Of a stretch of 64,000 nucleotides of DNA, positions 1-13,526 are shown in pieces. The DNA is from Amoebidium appalachense (Eukaryota > Protista > Ichthyosporea), in NCBI GenBank assembly GCA_963693365.1, contig CAVNZM010000003.1, positions 2,320,768 through 2,384,767 of the forward strand, given 5' to 3'. The notes under the pieces were generated by a model. It saw only the letters and a list, made by a program, of their open reading frames with translations, did no database searches and had not been told where the DNA came from. The position numbers and the translations under genes are program-made. Position 1 is the first letter of the stretch. Each line of letters opens with the position of its first letter.

Positions 1-529
1 TACACGAGATTCTGTTGCCCTCTCTTTTCCTTTTGATACCAAGTTTTCTTCCTTCCTGAACCCTCCCAACTCTCCCGTCCCTTTCAACCCCCCCCAACCC
101 CCCCCCCAACCATCACGACCATCACCCCCGCGCTCGCCTCCTCTATAAAAAAGCACCCGAGCTGCTGAATCAGCGTCTCCCCCCTCCCCCCTCCGCCCCC
201 CAGTCCCCCCCCCCTCCCCTCCCTTCGGGGCTAAAAAAAAAAACAAAGAAACAAAGAAAAAGAAAAAGAACGAACGGACGGACGAAAGAAAGAAAGAGAA
301 GAAATAAAAACCTGAAAACACAACTGAACGGCAAAAGAAGGGGTGGTGGGTACACACGTACTTGCAAGCACGTTGCCCATAGGGGGACACTTTCGCCAAC
401 GGGGGGGAATGGGCCCCCGCCTCTCCCTCTCCCCGTTTCCAGACATGGCTCACCGGAGCAGGCGGGGCACGGGGGGTGTGCACTTGACAGCGAACCTGTA
501 TTGCATGTGTGGACCGTGCGTGTGTGTGT

Positions 530-596
<67 letters not shown>

Positions 597-1362
597 CGCG
601 CGCTCGTGTACGCGTGTGTACGCCACGCCCAGGGGCGCACACGTGCGCATGTGTGTGTGTATTGTATGTGTCCTGGGGGGGAGAGGAGAGGGGGGGAAGG
701 GGAGGGTTTGGGGGGGAGGATATGGAAGGTTAGTACGGGTGGGGGGTTGGCAGGGAGGCCAGGGGCAGAGGGCAGCCGCAGACAAGGATAAGGGGCGCCC
801 GGGGGGTGGGAGGGGAGGGGGGGGGGTTCGGGTGTGGTTTGTGCCTGTGTCTGTGTTTGTTGTGGGGAGGGAGAGGGGGGAGGGGGGGAGGGGGGGGGGG
901 GGGGGGGGGTTGGTTGGTTACTATGTCCAGGAGGATATAAAACGATGAACACCCAGATTCATAGCGAAAGCAGGGGGAAAGGTGAGGGGGTGGGGGTAAG
1001 GAGAAGCAGCAAGTGGCTGTGTGGTTGGGCACGTGCAGAATTAGAAGCTTAAATGTGTAAGGTAGAAACTTACATGTGTAAGGGGTGTGTGGCCATTCGT
1101 GTGCAAACACACGGTCATGTTCGCCTATTCATGTGTGCAAACACATTTTTTTGTACTTGTGTATATTCCAGGTCTATCTCTTATTGTATGTGCACGCATA
1201 TAGTTTGCATCGCTCCGTTTTATGTCAAGCGCTTGTTCGTATCTGTGTGAACGAGCCAATACGTATACCAGTTCGTACAGCTCCGGTGTGCACGCGCGCG
1301 CTCGTGTGTGTGTTTGCGCGGTGTGTGTGTATGTGTGTCCGTGTGTGTGTTCGTGTGTTTGT

Positions 1363-1455
<93 letters not shown>

Positions 1456-2394
1456 GTGTGTGTTTGCCCGGATATGTGCAGGTGTGTAAAGGTGCTTCAA
1501 GCAAGCGCACACCCGTAAGTGTCTACAAGCCTGTGTTCGTTCATGCACAGATCAGCTCGACACTCACGTAACACGAACAAAATGCACGAAAAATGAGACA
1601 AAATCCTTTTATTGAAAACCAATTTCGCGCACCAGATGTGAATATGACTCGTACAGCTAAAGAGCATGAACGTAACACCCACGTATGCATCACGAGTTAC
1701 CAAGCCAGAGAACCGAAGCCTGTTGATGGAATGAGTGCAAAAGAAGCAAAACCAAGTTCGCCCCGGTCTATGAATTTCTTCACAGCCTTGCCTCTCTCTG
1801 TCCAGAAAACATAATGTACAAAACGTACCGCTTGCTACTGCCTGGTGACCTAGAGCTTAGCTGTGATGATTGCTTGGTCACCCGATGCGTGTTGAAGCTA
1901 ACTGACGTAGAAGAAAATGGACGTGCCTTAAGTTCAAGTGGTGTGATCGCCGTTCCTTTTCCGCCCGGGCAGTTGAAAAACGCACGCCACAAGCACACAC
2001 ACCCTATAAACACTATAGCTATAGTCTAATCTCTTATGCTCCCTATGTAACCACTGGCATGGAAACTTGTTGGCCAGTACCGGTAGCTCTCTGATTGTGT
2101 TTTTTGCCTGCCACTATATCGAGCTTCATTTTCGAACGAGATGTTGCGTAATCCAGGTCATCATCAACGACCCGAAGTGTTATGTGCGAATCGGGTCAAT
2201 GCCTTGACTCGGAAAGGTGGCTTGGCCGCATAACTTCATAGGCTGCATCATAATTCGAACCAGGTCGTTCGGGGTTTGGGTCGGGTCGGGTCAAGTGTCC
2301 GGCATAGATGGTCACCATGGACAATTATTGGAGGAGGGAGGTGTTTCCAGAAAGCAAGAACGTGAATCATGAGGAGTTATATGTTTACAGTATT

Positions 2395-2540
2395 GTGTGC
2401 TGCACCGCGGGGTGGCCCACGGGGTGTGTGTGTGGAGTACCACGTGTGAGTGTGCGAGTGTGAGTGTGTGTGCTGCACCGCGGGGTGGCCCACGGGGTGT
2501 GTGTGTGGAGTACCACGTGTGAGTGTGCGAGTGTGAGTGT
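2395..2540. repeat. Short tandem duplication (~72 bp x2)
   Basis: GTGTGCTGCACCGCGGGGTGGCCCACGGGG... occurs twice in tandem. Confidence 0.85.
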
Positions 2541-3360
2541 GTGTTTGTGTGTGTGTGTGGGGGGGGGGGGATGTGCGTGTGTGTGTGTGTGTGTGTGTGC
2601 TACATGTGTTTGAGTGAGCTAGTGTGTCGTGTTTGTGTTTCTGTGTCAGTGTGTGCGCTTGTGTGTGCTTGTATGTATGTGTAGCAGTATCACAGGTGTG
2701 TTTTTGCCTGCATGTGTGTTGTTTGTGTGCTGTATGTGACAGCGATGTAGCAAGTGTTGTCCGTTATGTGTGCTTGTGTACGTGTAAGTGCACTGCTAAT
2801 TAGCATGTTCAACTTACGTGCACATTTATGTGCGTACATATGCACGTGTGTGCGTGCATGTGGGTCAGAAGTATGTAATTAACTTGTGTTTTTCCATGTG
2901 GTTTATTTAAATTAGTCATTCATCATAGTCGAGCACAAGTGCGAAACCAGCGCAACGTGCTATTCAAAAAACACTACCCTTTAAACCCGTTCCCTTTCTG
3001 TGGCACCTATGCACCAACAGCAATATTGTAGTACAGATATACTATGGGTCAAACAAAAATACGTCGATCAATACCAAAATTCCTGCAAAACCCGCCGGCA
3101 GGCTGCGCGCGAAAAAGTCATAATATCATAAAGAGATAGTTCCTAAACTTCGAAATGGTGCCAGCACAATATCCTACAATCACTCTTCTTTCCTTTCCGT
3201 CAACTCAGGTCTCGCAAGCTCACATCATATGCGAATCGAATCATACATCTGCGTGGCTTAAAGACGGAGCATATGTTCAAGGGACAAAATCTACATATAC
3301 ACCAGGGCGCTTATATATACGTATACGTCCAACGTCTAAGAACAGCAACAGAACCTATTT

Positions 3361-3585
3361 TTAGAAGTCGCAGTCGACGCTGAACACGTGGTTCTCCTTG
3401 TCGGCCATGACACCGGCCTTCTGGTAGTCACCGACCCTCTTCTCGAAGAAGTTGGTCTTGCCCTCCAGCGAGATGAGCTCCATCCAGTCGAAGGGGTTCT
3501 CGCTGTGGTACTCCTGCAAAGGGAAAAGGTAGATGAGTTGGGTGTTTTTATGGGTTCTCATTGTGAGTAGTGGTGGACTCACAAG

Positions 3586-3628
<43 letters not shown>

Positions 3629-3987
3629 TGGGAGTGTACATACGAGTCCACCTAATGGAGGAAGAGCAAAGGGAAGGAACTTTTAAGAGGAAAAGATGCA
3701 ATATTCAGCCATTCCAAACACGTGCGAATCGTGCATGGTTGAAAAAAGCCAAAGGGGGAAGAGGAACAAGGTGTTGTGTGTGTCTGTAGGGGGAGGGGGG
3801 GAGGGAGAGGGGGGAGGGAGAGGGGGGTTTTTACCTTCTCCAGACCGAGAGCAACAAGCAGGCGGTCAGCAACGAACTCTATGTACCGGCACATCAGGTC
3901 GCAGTTCATGCCGATGAGGGCTACGGGCAGTGCATCCGTAAGGAACTCCTGTTATGGGGATGGACGTCTGGTCAGTAGTTAATCAAG

Positions 3988-4022
<35 letters not shown>

Positions 4023-5943
4023 TGGGGGATGGGGGGAGAGTGGTGAGGGAAACACAGGAAGGATGAGGGCTAGGGCTAAGCAAGTCATACATAATCTAGA
4101 CAAGAGGACGGTAGGAAGGAAGTGGGTGCCGAGAACTCCCCGTAGGGGTGCTTGCTGGAGGTGGGGGGCAGAGGGGGGGGGGGGGGGGGGGGGAGGGGAG
4201 GGGGAGAGGGGGGGGAGGGGAGGGGGGAGGGGGGAGAGGGGGGGGGGGGGGGGGCTAGAGCAAGGCACATCAAACGTATACACACCTGCTCAATAGCGAC
4301 GGCCTCCTTGATGATGGCACGCACGACCTTGGGGTCCGGCTTCTGCAGCAACATGGAGTGCAGCAGGCAGGCAAAGTCCGTGTGCAGACCCTCGTCACGG
4401 CTAATAAGCTCGTTGCTGAACGTCAGACCGGGCATGAGACCGCGCTTCTTGAGCCAGAAAATAGCAGCAAAAGACCCGGAGAAGAAGATACCCTCAACGG
4501 CAGAGAAGGCAACAATGCGCTCACCGAAAGAACGGTCCGAGGCAATCCACTTGAGGGCCCAGTCGGCCTTCTTCTTGACGGCAGGCATGGTCTCAATGGC
4601 GTTGAACAGCACGTCCTTCTCCTTGCTGTCGCGCACGTACGTCTCGATGAGGAGAGAGTACATCTCACTGTGGATGTTCTGTGGGTTGTGGGTTGTTGGT
4701 TAGTAACTATGCAAAGGAGGAAGGACAAACTGAGAGGGGGTGGCAAAGTGGATGGGGGTGTGTGTGGGTTAGTGTAGAGGGGGGAGGGAGGAAGGGAGAG
4801 GAGGAAAACGGGGGGGAGAGGGGGGAGGGCCTGGGAAGGGGGGAGGAAGTGGGGGGGGGAGGGCAACATGGTGCTGAAAGGGTTCCTTAAGAACAGGAGA
4901 TGATGTTCAAAAGCACACAACAGGGGGGGGAGGGGGGGAGGGGGGAGGGGGGGGGGGGAAGGGGGAGGGGGGAAGGGGGGGTATAAAGTATAAGCAGGGC
5001 AATACGAAAAGAAGGGAAGAGTGACTGGGAGAAGGGAGAGGCGGGCAAAAGAGTTGGGAGGTGTAGACGGTGGGGGAAGGGGCGATAAGACTAACCTCGA
5101 TGGCAATCTGGAAGCCGTAGAAGCACCGGGCCTCGGGAATCTGCACCTCACCAGAGAAGCGCTCGAGAAGATTCTCGTTCACAATACCATCTGCGGGGGG
5201 GAGGCAAGTGAGACATCGAACATAAAAAGGGAAGATGGGATAGAGAGGGACACCAACATACAGCTAGGCATAGGCATAGCATGTCACAGAGAAAAAGCAA
5301 CCATACTCACTATATGCTATGCTACACAAAACCTAGCAAACAAGGGTTCCACTTTCACCATGAGGTAAAGATGGGCTGGAGAAAACGTGGGAAAAAAGGA
5401 GAAAAGATGGAATAGGGACGTACCGCTGGCAGCAAAGAAGGCAAGAATGTGCTTGATGAAGTGTTTCTCGTCGTCCTTGAGGCCCTCCCAGTGCAGCAGG
5501 TCCTTGGACAGGTCCACCTGAGGAACGGGAAAAAAACACAAAAAAAACGGCTAAGTTTCAGCTACATAGATGACAACAAGCTAGATAGAAGAGGCCAACA
5601 AGAACGACGGTGCTAGAGGTGGAACTGTATAAACACTACCAGCTATGCGCTAAATTCACGATGGGAAGAAGAAAGATGAGCAAACACAAAACTGGAGAAT
5701 AGAGAGCAAAAAACCCACCTCTTCGGCAGTCCAGAAAGAGGCCTCGGCCTTCTTGTACATCTGCCACACCTCCTGGTACTGGATGGGGAACAGCACGAAG
5801 CGCCGCGGGTTCTCCATCAGAAGGGGCTCGTGCTTCTTCTCGTCGTAGGTGGACACGGCCTTCTTCTGCATCTCCTTGAGCTTCATGTTGTCAAGCTCCT
5901 TGGCCATGTTGGTGATGTCGCTGAGTGTGGTAAAGCTCTCCAT
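3361..5943 (-). CDS. RRM2: Ribonucleotide reductase class Ia small (R2/beta) subunit, 6 exons: 5943-5719, 5517-5424, 5190-5096, 4678-4286, 3948-3835, 3513-3361 (~357 aa)
   Basis: Exons join in frame at GT..AG introns. They give the R2 motifs [54 protein letters not shown] (iron ligands and radical Tyr), [23 protein letters not shown] and C-terminal FSVDCDF-stop. Confidence 0.97.
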
Positions 5944-6064
5944 CTTTCCGTTAAAAAGAGAGAAGTACGGAGGGGATAAAGCGAAGTGAAGACTAGCACA
6001 GTAGCGGAATGAACGTCTTGCGGACTGAAAGTGACTACTGACTGGAGCGGACCAGTGAATGAGT

Positions 6065-6142
6065 TTTTATAACCGCGGCTGAGAGTGAGATACGGTTACG
6101 CATCTGGAGAGCGCCTCCCGCCAAGGGTTTAAACATCCAATC
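6065..6142 (-). promoter_or_regulatory. Putative RRM2 promoter: TATAAAA (6065-6071, minus), E2F-type site TTGGCGGGAG (6115-6124, minus), CCAAT (~6137, plus)
   Basis: Motifs read directly 120-200 bp upstream of the ATG. E2F plus CCAAT control of R2 genes is established in animals; function here is inferred. Confidence 0.55.
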
Positions 6143-7319
6143 AACTGCACGTTAAGAAAGTTTAAAACTTATAATGTGATAGGCATGCGCAAACAGACAA
6201 CTTGCATGCCGCACGCAAGAGCCATTTCAGAAATGAAAGCCACTTAAACTGCAACAAAATTATATGAGCATAAGAGAAAATGTGTAAAATGCATCTAAAT
6301 ATTTATTGGCATTTTTCTTTTTGTTTGGGCTCTGCAATGAAGTACACAAGGACACGCTTTGGTATCACTGACACAAAACATGTCAACGACATGCTTTTCG
6401 AACCACCCAACGGCATGAACAGATCATGCATGTCTGTTGCCAATAAACATGCGAAACATGATTGGCTTAAACAGCGTTTTTAAAGCAACACTGCCAATAT
6501 AGCGCTTAGAGCGCCGATGACTGAGGTATTCGATTATCGTGATACCTATATTTAGCAACTTTTAACCCAAAGTGCTTCCGATTTCTTTAACCAGCCTTTC
6601 TAATGACTCCGAATGAGGCAAGCAGTTAGCCAATCAAATGAACCCGCGTTTTTTTGAATGTTTGAAGCCAAACGGTTGCCACCAACGACCGTTGCGCCGG
6701 CATCGATCGAGTCGTTCTTTTTGCCTCGGCGGCAACTTGAAATAGCATCGTAAAAGCCCTCTGAAAACGGTTTTTGAAACCGGAAAAAAAAAGCTTATTA
6801 AAGTCGGGAAAGAAATAAAGATTTTGCCGTTTGTAGAACCTCTTGCTTTACACCGCCGTCTTTGGGTCTGTACGTGGGCTTGTGAACGTACGTCTAACAA
6901 CCCACAGGGATCCTCAACAAAACAACTAGATGCAGATATCTCACAATAACTACACGCATACATATATCATTTATTATTCCCATATCCAACCCCCCCTCCC
7001 TTCTCTCTCACCAATTTCTCTCCTCCTTCCCCTCCACTACTCGCCTCATCCTCCTCGCTCCCCCCCCCCCCCCCCCCCCCCCTCCCTCTCGCTATCTCCC
7101 TCCCTCTATCTATCCCCCCCCCCCCCTTTTTTCTCTCTCTCTCTCTCTCTCTCCCTCTCCCCCTCTCTTTCTCTCTCTCTCTCTCTCCCTCTCTCTCTCT
7201 CCCTCTCTCTCCCTCTCTCTCTCTCTCTCTCCCTCTCCCTCTCCCTCTCCCTCTCCCTCTCTCTCTATCTCTCTTTCTCCTCTCCCCCCCCCCCTCTCTC
7301 CCCCTCTCTCTCTCACTCC

Positions 7320-7351
<32 letters not shown>

Positions 7352-8411
7352 TTCTCTTTCTCTCTCCCTCTCCCTCTAGCTCCCTCCCTCTCTCTCTCTC
7401 TCTCTCTCTCCCTCCCCCCCCTTCTCCCTCTCCCTTTCTCTCTCTATATCTCTCTTTCTCCCTCCCCCTCCCCCCCTCTCTCTCTCCCTTTCTCTCTTCC
7501 CCTCCCTCTCTCTTCCCCCCTCTCTCTCCCTCTCTCTCTCTCCCTCTCTTTCTCACTCTTTCTCCCCCCCCCCCCCCTCCCTCCCTCTCTCTCTCTCCCT
7601 CTCTATGTATCTCTCTTTCTCCCCCCTCCCCACCCTCTCTCCCTCCGTCTTCCCTATATCTCTCTATGTCGCTTGCCCTATCGCTTTCTCTCTCTCCCTC
7701 CCTCCCTCCCCCTCTCTCTCTCTCCCCCTCTCTCTCTCAGTTTGTGTGTACATGTACGTAAGTACGAGTGTACGTACGTTTGTCCATCTCTCACTCTCGA
7801 CTGAAATCTCAACTCCAAGGCTCTAGATCTCGGCCATCAAATATATGTACACCGTCTTGCCTATGGTGTGCATGCAGAAACACGTACCCTCCCTTCAATA
7901 TTTTTTGCTTTTCTGCTTTTTCCGTAGTCTAGTTTTATGCAAGTTTGAATTTTTTTATTTTTTTATTTTGGATAATGGATTCAATGATTTCGATCGGGGC
8001 ATCAGACGGGGCAAAGAATGGATAAATATAGTACAGTTGCCCATGACACATCGAGATAGTCGCTGAGATATTTTCACCTTTAAAATTTTTGGTTGGTAGT
8101 TTCAGTTCTCTCCCACATGCATGTGCTGGCTTATATATACAAGTAGGTCTGTGCGCCGGCTGTCGCCGGCGCCAAAACATAACGAGACAGTTATTGATGT
8201 TGGGTTGTGTGGTTGTTACCTCCCTCTCCCCTCCCCCCCCCGGCCCCCCCCCCCCTCCCTCGCCTCACGCTTCCCCCCCCCCCCTCCCCCCTGGCCCCCC
8301 CGCCTCACGCTTCCTCCCCCCCCCCCCCCCCAAATCCTGCAGTTGCTGGATCTGTCAAATGTTATGACCCTTTTCCCTTTCATTTACCCCCCCCCCCCCC
8401 CCCCCCCCCAT

Positions 8412-8442
<31 letters not shown>

Positions 8443-8837
8443 TTTCTTGCCACACTGTGTTATCAGTCTATAGGGCCGGGAGAGATTGCCATTGACGAAG
8501 TACCAAGTTTACTTGTGGTCCTCCAAAAACATGTAGCTGAAAACCACCAAGTGCAATATGTTCTAAATTGCTTGCAAAAGTTTTATAATATTTTTATTAT
8601 TTTGTTGTTTTACTTATTTTACAGAACTGTTTGGTAACCCGATGATATGCATGGACAGGCAATAAAACTTTCCACGTGCACTGAGTGCCAGGTGGGCAAC
8701 ATATTTCAGTGAAGTCTGGAATTGGCACCCCCCCGAAATGTTCCCGAACATAAAATCATCATTCTACGGTGTGTGTCAATATACCATGCTCACAAGTCAG
8801 TACTGCAATTATACTATTCTCAGTTTACTTCAAAGCA

Positions 8838-8899
<62 letters not shown>

Positions 8900-10144
8900 C
8901 CCTCTTCCCATTCCCTGCCCCCCCAAATTTTTTTTTCTATGCTTTTCATACTCAGTGACTGCAATCATGGCACCCGTGTTTTCTAGATATATTTCCTTTC
9001 ATTGTGTTCAACGTCTATGTGTGTGTGTGTGTGTGTGTGTGTGCATGTTTGTGTGTGTGTGAATGTGTGTGTGTGGGCCAAGTGAAGGTTGTATGCGTTT
9101 TTTTCTTCTTAGTTGTTTTTGTATTCTATTCGATTATTACTTTGTGTGTAAATGTGGAAAAAAAACAAATAAAAAAAATTACCAATGACCACCGCCCAGC
9201 TTGAATCACCCTAGCTCTAGTGTAAAAAAATAATCATTATCAGTCACAAACCCTTCTACTACACTCGCCCCAAATGTCATATTCACATTACTGAGTTGAT
9301 TTAGTTGTGTTTTTTACTCTATTTTTTTCAACAACTGTCTGCTATTAAAACATTAAAATGTACATGTGTTTGTGTGTGTGTGTGTGTGTGTGTGCCACAG
9401 GCCGGTGTGTGTGTGTGTGTGTGTGTGTGTGTGGATATAGAATTTACCGCCCTCATCCCCGTGTCCCCCTAAACCGGTGTTAGCAGACCTTTGAGGTTTT
9501 TGTGATTGGATTGGTAGTTCTATTACATTAAAATTTTCAAAATGTCGTTGTACCAATGATATAATACGTTGTAAAACAAATGTCGCCGAATTTCTCTAAA
9601 AAACGTGCGTTCCATTCTGGGTTAGAAACCAAAACAGTTTTGATACGGGAATCACCTGATCTCTGCCGTCATTCAGCCCAGCGCGTTCACAGTGAATCCG
9701 AAACCGCTGGTTTTTTTCTTTATATTTCAAAGCCCCGAGTACGTACATCCTCTCGGGCCCAACTTTACGGCACTATATTCAATTTTCTCATTATCAAATA
9801 TATAGTTATTTTAGGCTTTTTCATTAGTATCGCAAGAATAATTAGCGATTTTGATGTCATAAAAACAACTAAGCAACGTTTCGATGGTTTTTGATGCCTC
9901 ACAAAATGGCCTTTGGTCCCCTCCAAATTCCGGATTTGAGGTCCGGCAAACATTGATAATATTAGTCACTGTTGGGCCGGCCAAAGACGTACGAGTTACT
10001 GTGCACACGTGTCATTCATTGTACCTGCGAATTGTTTGCTTTGCCCAACTTTATTATATTAGCTAGCAGCCTGGCAAAAAAAAAAAAAAGAAGAAGAAGA
10101 AGCATATTGCTAATGACGCCATACATTCAGATACTTTTAGGTGC

Positions 10145-10212
10145 TCGTGCAAAAGCCAAAATCAGTTAGGCGCCGATGGATTTAGGCAACCCCCATCATC
10201 ACGGGCCACACC
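10145..10212 (-). promoter_or_regulatory. Candidate eukaryotic SECIS element in the SELENOS 3' UTR
   Basis: The minus strand reads ATGA-tgggggttgcct-AA-atccatcggcgcctaact-GA, fitting AUGA(N12)AA(N18)GA, about 400 nt after the stop. Helix II pairing is imperfect. Confidence 0.6.
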
Positions 10213-10610
10213 AGTTCAAAAGGGGATATCTACACCAAGAGACTCCACTTTGACCAAGTGAGGCCTAGCTATACTGCAACAAGCGACGAAGCACACATCA
10301 TATGTGTGCATCATGCCCCAGATATACCAACCCCTATTACCATATATGGCAACATTAACTTTATGAGTATACCCACACAGACACACGTTCTCTCTATACC
10401 CACAGCATTTCGGCAAGGACAAGAAAATATAGGGTAGTAGGTAACAAAAGAAAAAACTACGTGCACTAGGGCCACAGTGTGAATGTGCCGTTTCGTCAAC
10501 AATCGAACCGAACGCGTATTATTGCTATCATAAGAAAAGCCTAATATCCGTCAGCATGAGTGTGCGGTTTCCATATATGGTATTTGGGTGGTATGTTGCC
10601 TGGGGTGGCC

Positions 10611-11216
10611 TTAACCTCAGCCGCCTGCCCTGGGCCGGGGACGGGAAGACCTGAAGCCGCTCGAGCCCCCACCAAAGCCCATTAAGGGGTTGGATTCTGT
10701 GGTTGAATAGGAGGTTTAGAATGTGTTGCAGTGTACGACATACACAGCAACAACACAACACGTTGCAGAGCGCACATAACATAAATGGCCTCCTTCCACT
10801 TTTTTGTGTGTGGGGGGGGAGTGGAGGGGGAGTGGGGGGGGGGGGGGGGATTCATAGTGGGTGGGTGGATGGGTAGCAGGCATGCACGAGTGTGTGTCTG
10901 CACGTGTATTCATGTGTGTGTGGGTGGGAGCGGGCGCATGTGTACACGTGTCGAGATGTTTAGTTCGAAGAGAAATCAATGTGGGGAAGGCCACGGAGAT
11001 GGGGGGTCTGTGTGTGTGCATGTGTGTGTGTGTGGGGAGGGGGGGGGGGCAGGGCGGGGTGGGGGGAGGCATTCTCTCTAACGTGGGTGCATTTCTTACT
11101 GGCAGGGCCAACCGAAAGTACGCACCATTGATTTGAACACAGCGAACTCCCGCCCTTATTCAGATTGCAAGTAAACGGACATTGCATGTGGCACCTTCTA
11201 GACACAAGAAAAGCAA

Positions 11217-11248
<32 letters not shown>

Positions 11249-11637
11249 CATGCACTATGTGCAATTTTACACTTTTGACCCTGCACACAGCTCACTGACG
11301 TGCATTGTGTGTTCGCAGAGTTCAGTGCACCGGTTAAGGAGCGCGCACATTTTAGTGCAACCAGTGCCTGTGCCCGCACAATAAAGAGAAAAGGGTGGGG
11401 GGAAGGCGGATGAACTTGCGGAGGAGAGAGAGACACCAAGAGAGGAAGTGTGTGTGTGTGTGTTGGGGGGGGGGGGGGGGGGGGGGGGGTGATGTATGCG
11501 TTAGAGGGTTGGAAATCTGGAGGAGACAACAAAGAGCAACAACAAAGCGTCACAAAGGTGGGAAATCCAAAATCAAACAATTTAAGCGTGCAGGCAGAAG
11601 ACACTTGAACAGAGCCCATCATCAGGGGGGTTCCTAT

Positions 11638-11675
<38 letters not shown>

Positions 11676-11792
11676 GGGGGTCGCTTAGAATGTGCTACAG
11701 CATGTGAAGTACACAACGGACAACATGACGCAGATTTCACTGCGCAAACACAGGAGTTCCCATAAGAGCGGCTGTTTTTTTTGTTTGTTTTT

Positions 11793-11849
<57 letters not shown>

Positions 11850-12047
11850 AACATATGGGCTAACGGAGGGTCATGACACCAGCACCCACCTTGCACCCTT
11901 AGTGGCTTCTTCTTGTCCGGTTTTTGGGTCGATGACGGGGAGTTCCCCTGCGACTGAAAATGAGAAAGTCAGAATGGGAACAACGGAAGCAATAGAGATT
12001 GGTGGTTTTTCTTCTTTTTTTGTTTCTTTCTTTTTTTTTTTTTTTTT

Positions 12048-12089
<42 letters not shown>

Positions 12090-12417
12090 ACATAATACAC
12101 AGTCGCACACACAAAGATAGTATGTATTTTAAGCGGACCCTATCCCCAGGGGACAGGCCAAGTCATCCACACTGGCAGAACCCGGGTTTCGACCTATTCA
12201 CCTCGTAAAACGAAACCCAACTCAGATACCGCCTCACTTGAACATACGTGGTCTACCCGCCTTGATCGATATATATCAGAGACGAGCGAGGTAACATATG
12301 CAAGCAGGCAATAGGCAAGAGCAACGGAAAATGCCGACGGCTCAAGTAGCAGCAGTAGGCAAAAAGAAAAAAAAATTGACACAAACTCAGACAGAAAGAA
12401 AGGGGGGAATGGGAGGG

Positions 12418-12462
<45 letters not shown>

Positions 12463-12652
12463 AGGGGGGATTGCTGCATGGAGGATGGACGGATCTATGA
12501 AACGCGTAGAAAGGAGAGGGGGGGGGGGGGGGGGGCAGTTGCTTATGAAACATGTCCTAAAGAAAGTACGAGAAATAATATGGCCAACACACTCACGTGT
12601 GTAAACCTATGTCCCCCCCACCTTCTCTCCCCCCCCCCCCCCTCCCCCCTTC

Positions 12653-12713
<61 letters not shown>

Positions 12714-12858
12714 CACACACAGGCACAACCACGCGCACGTGTACACACACACGCAAACATACACACACACACACGCACACACACACGTACACACACACAC
12801 ACATGAACATGCACACACACCCACACACAAAGACACACACACACACACACCTACACGC

Positions 12859-12932
<74 letters not shown>

Positions 12933-13128
12933 ACGCACACACCTGTGTTGTGCCGTTGCCCAAGGTAGCCCCCTTGCCACCCTCACCACCCATCAGCCTG
13001 TCGAACTCTTCAAGCTTTTGCAGCCGCTTTCGCTCTTCTTCCTCCTAGGCAGAAAAGACATTTAGGGGGCCAAAAAAAAAAAATAAAAAAAAAATATCAT
13101 ACACACGCACGCACTCATGCGCGCGCGT

Positions 13129-13166
<38 letters not shown>

Positions 13167-13168
13167 GT

Positions 13169-13245
<77 letters not shown>

Positions 13246-13490
13246 GTGGTGTGTGTGTGTGTGTGTGGGGGGGGGGGTTTACACACACAGCAACGGCTTT
13301 GGGAACACAACGGGCAAACACACAAATGATATGCAGAAACAGCACGGTGCATGTGTGCCTGCCCGTCCACGTAACTCTGCACAACGTCCATTTGATCTAT
13401 CCGCATCCACCACCGCACACCACCACTACTACACACCTGCCCCCACCTCAAAAACATGTCATGCCACTATCCCCCCCCCCCCCAACCCAT

Positions 13491-13526
<36 letters not shown>

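Noticed and set aside
1600-2320. hAT-like remnant ending in GATGGTCACCATG
   Set aside because: No matching opposite TIR, TSD or convincing transposase motif.
3361-5943. Viral or giant-virus RNR insertion
   Set aside because: Five spliceosomal introns with host-type low-complexity content and no viral neighbours point to a host gene.
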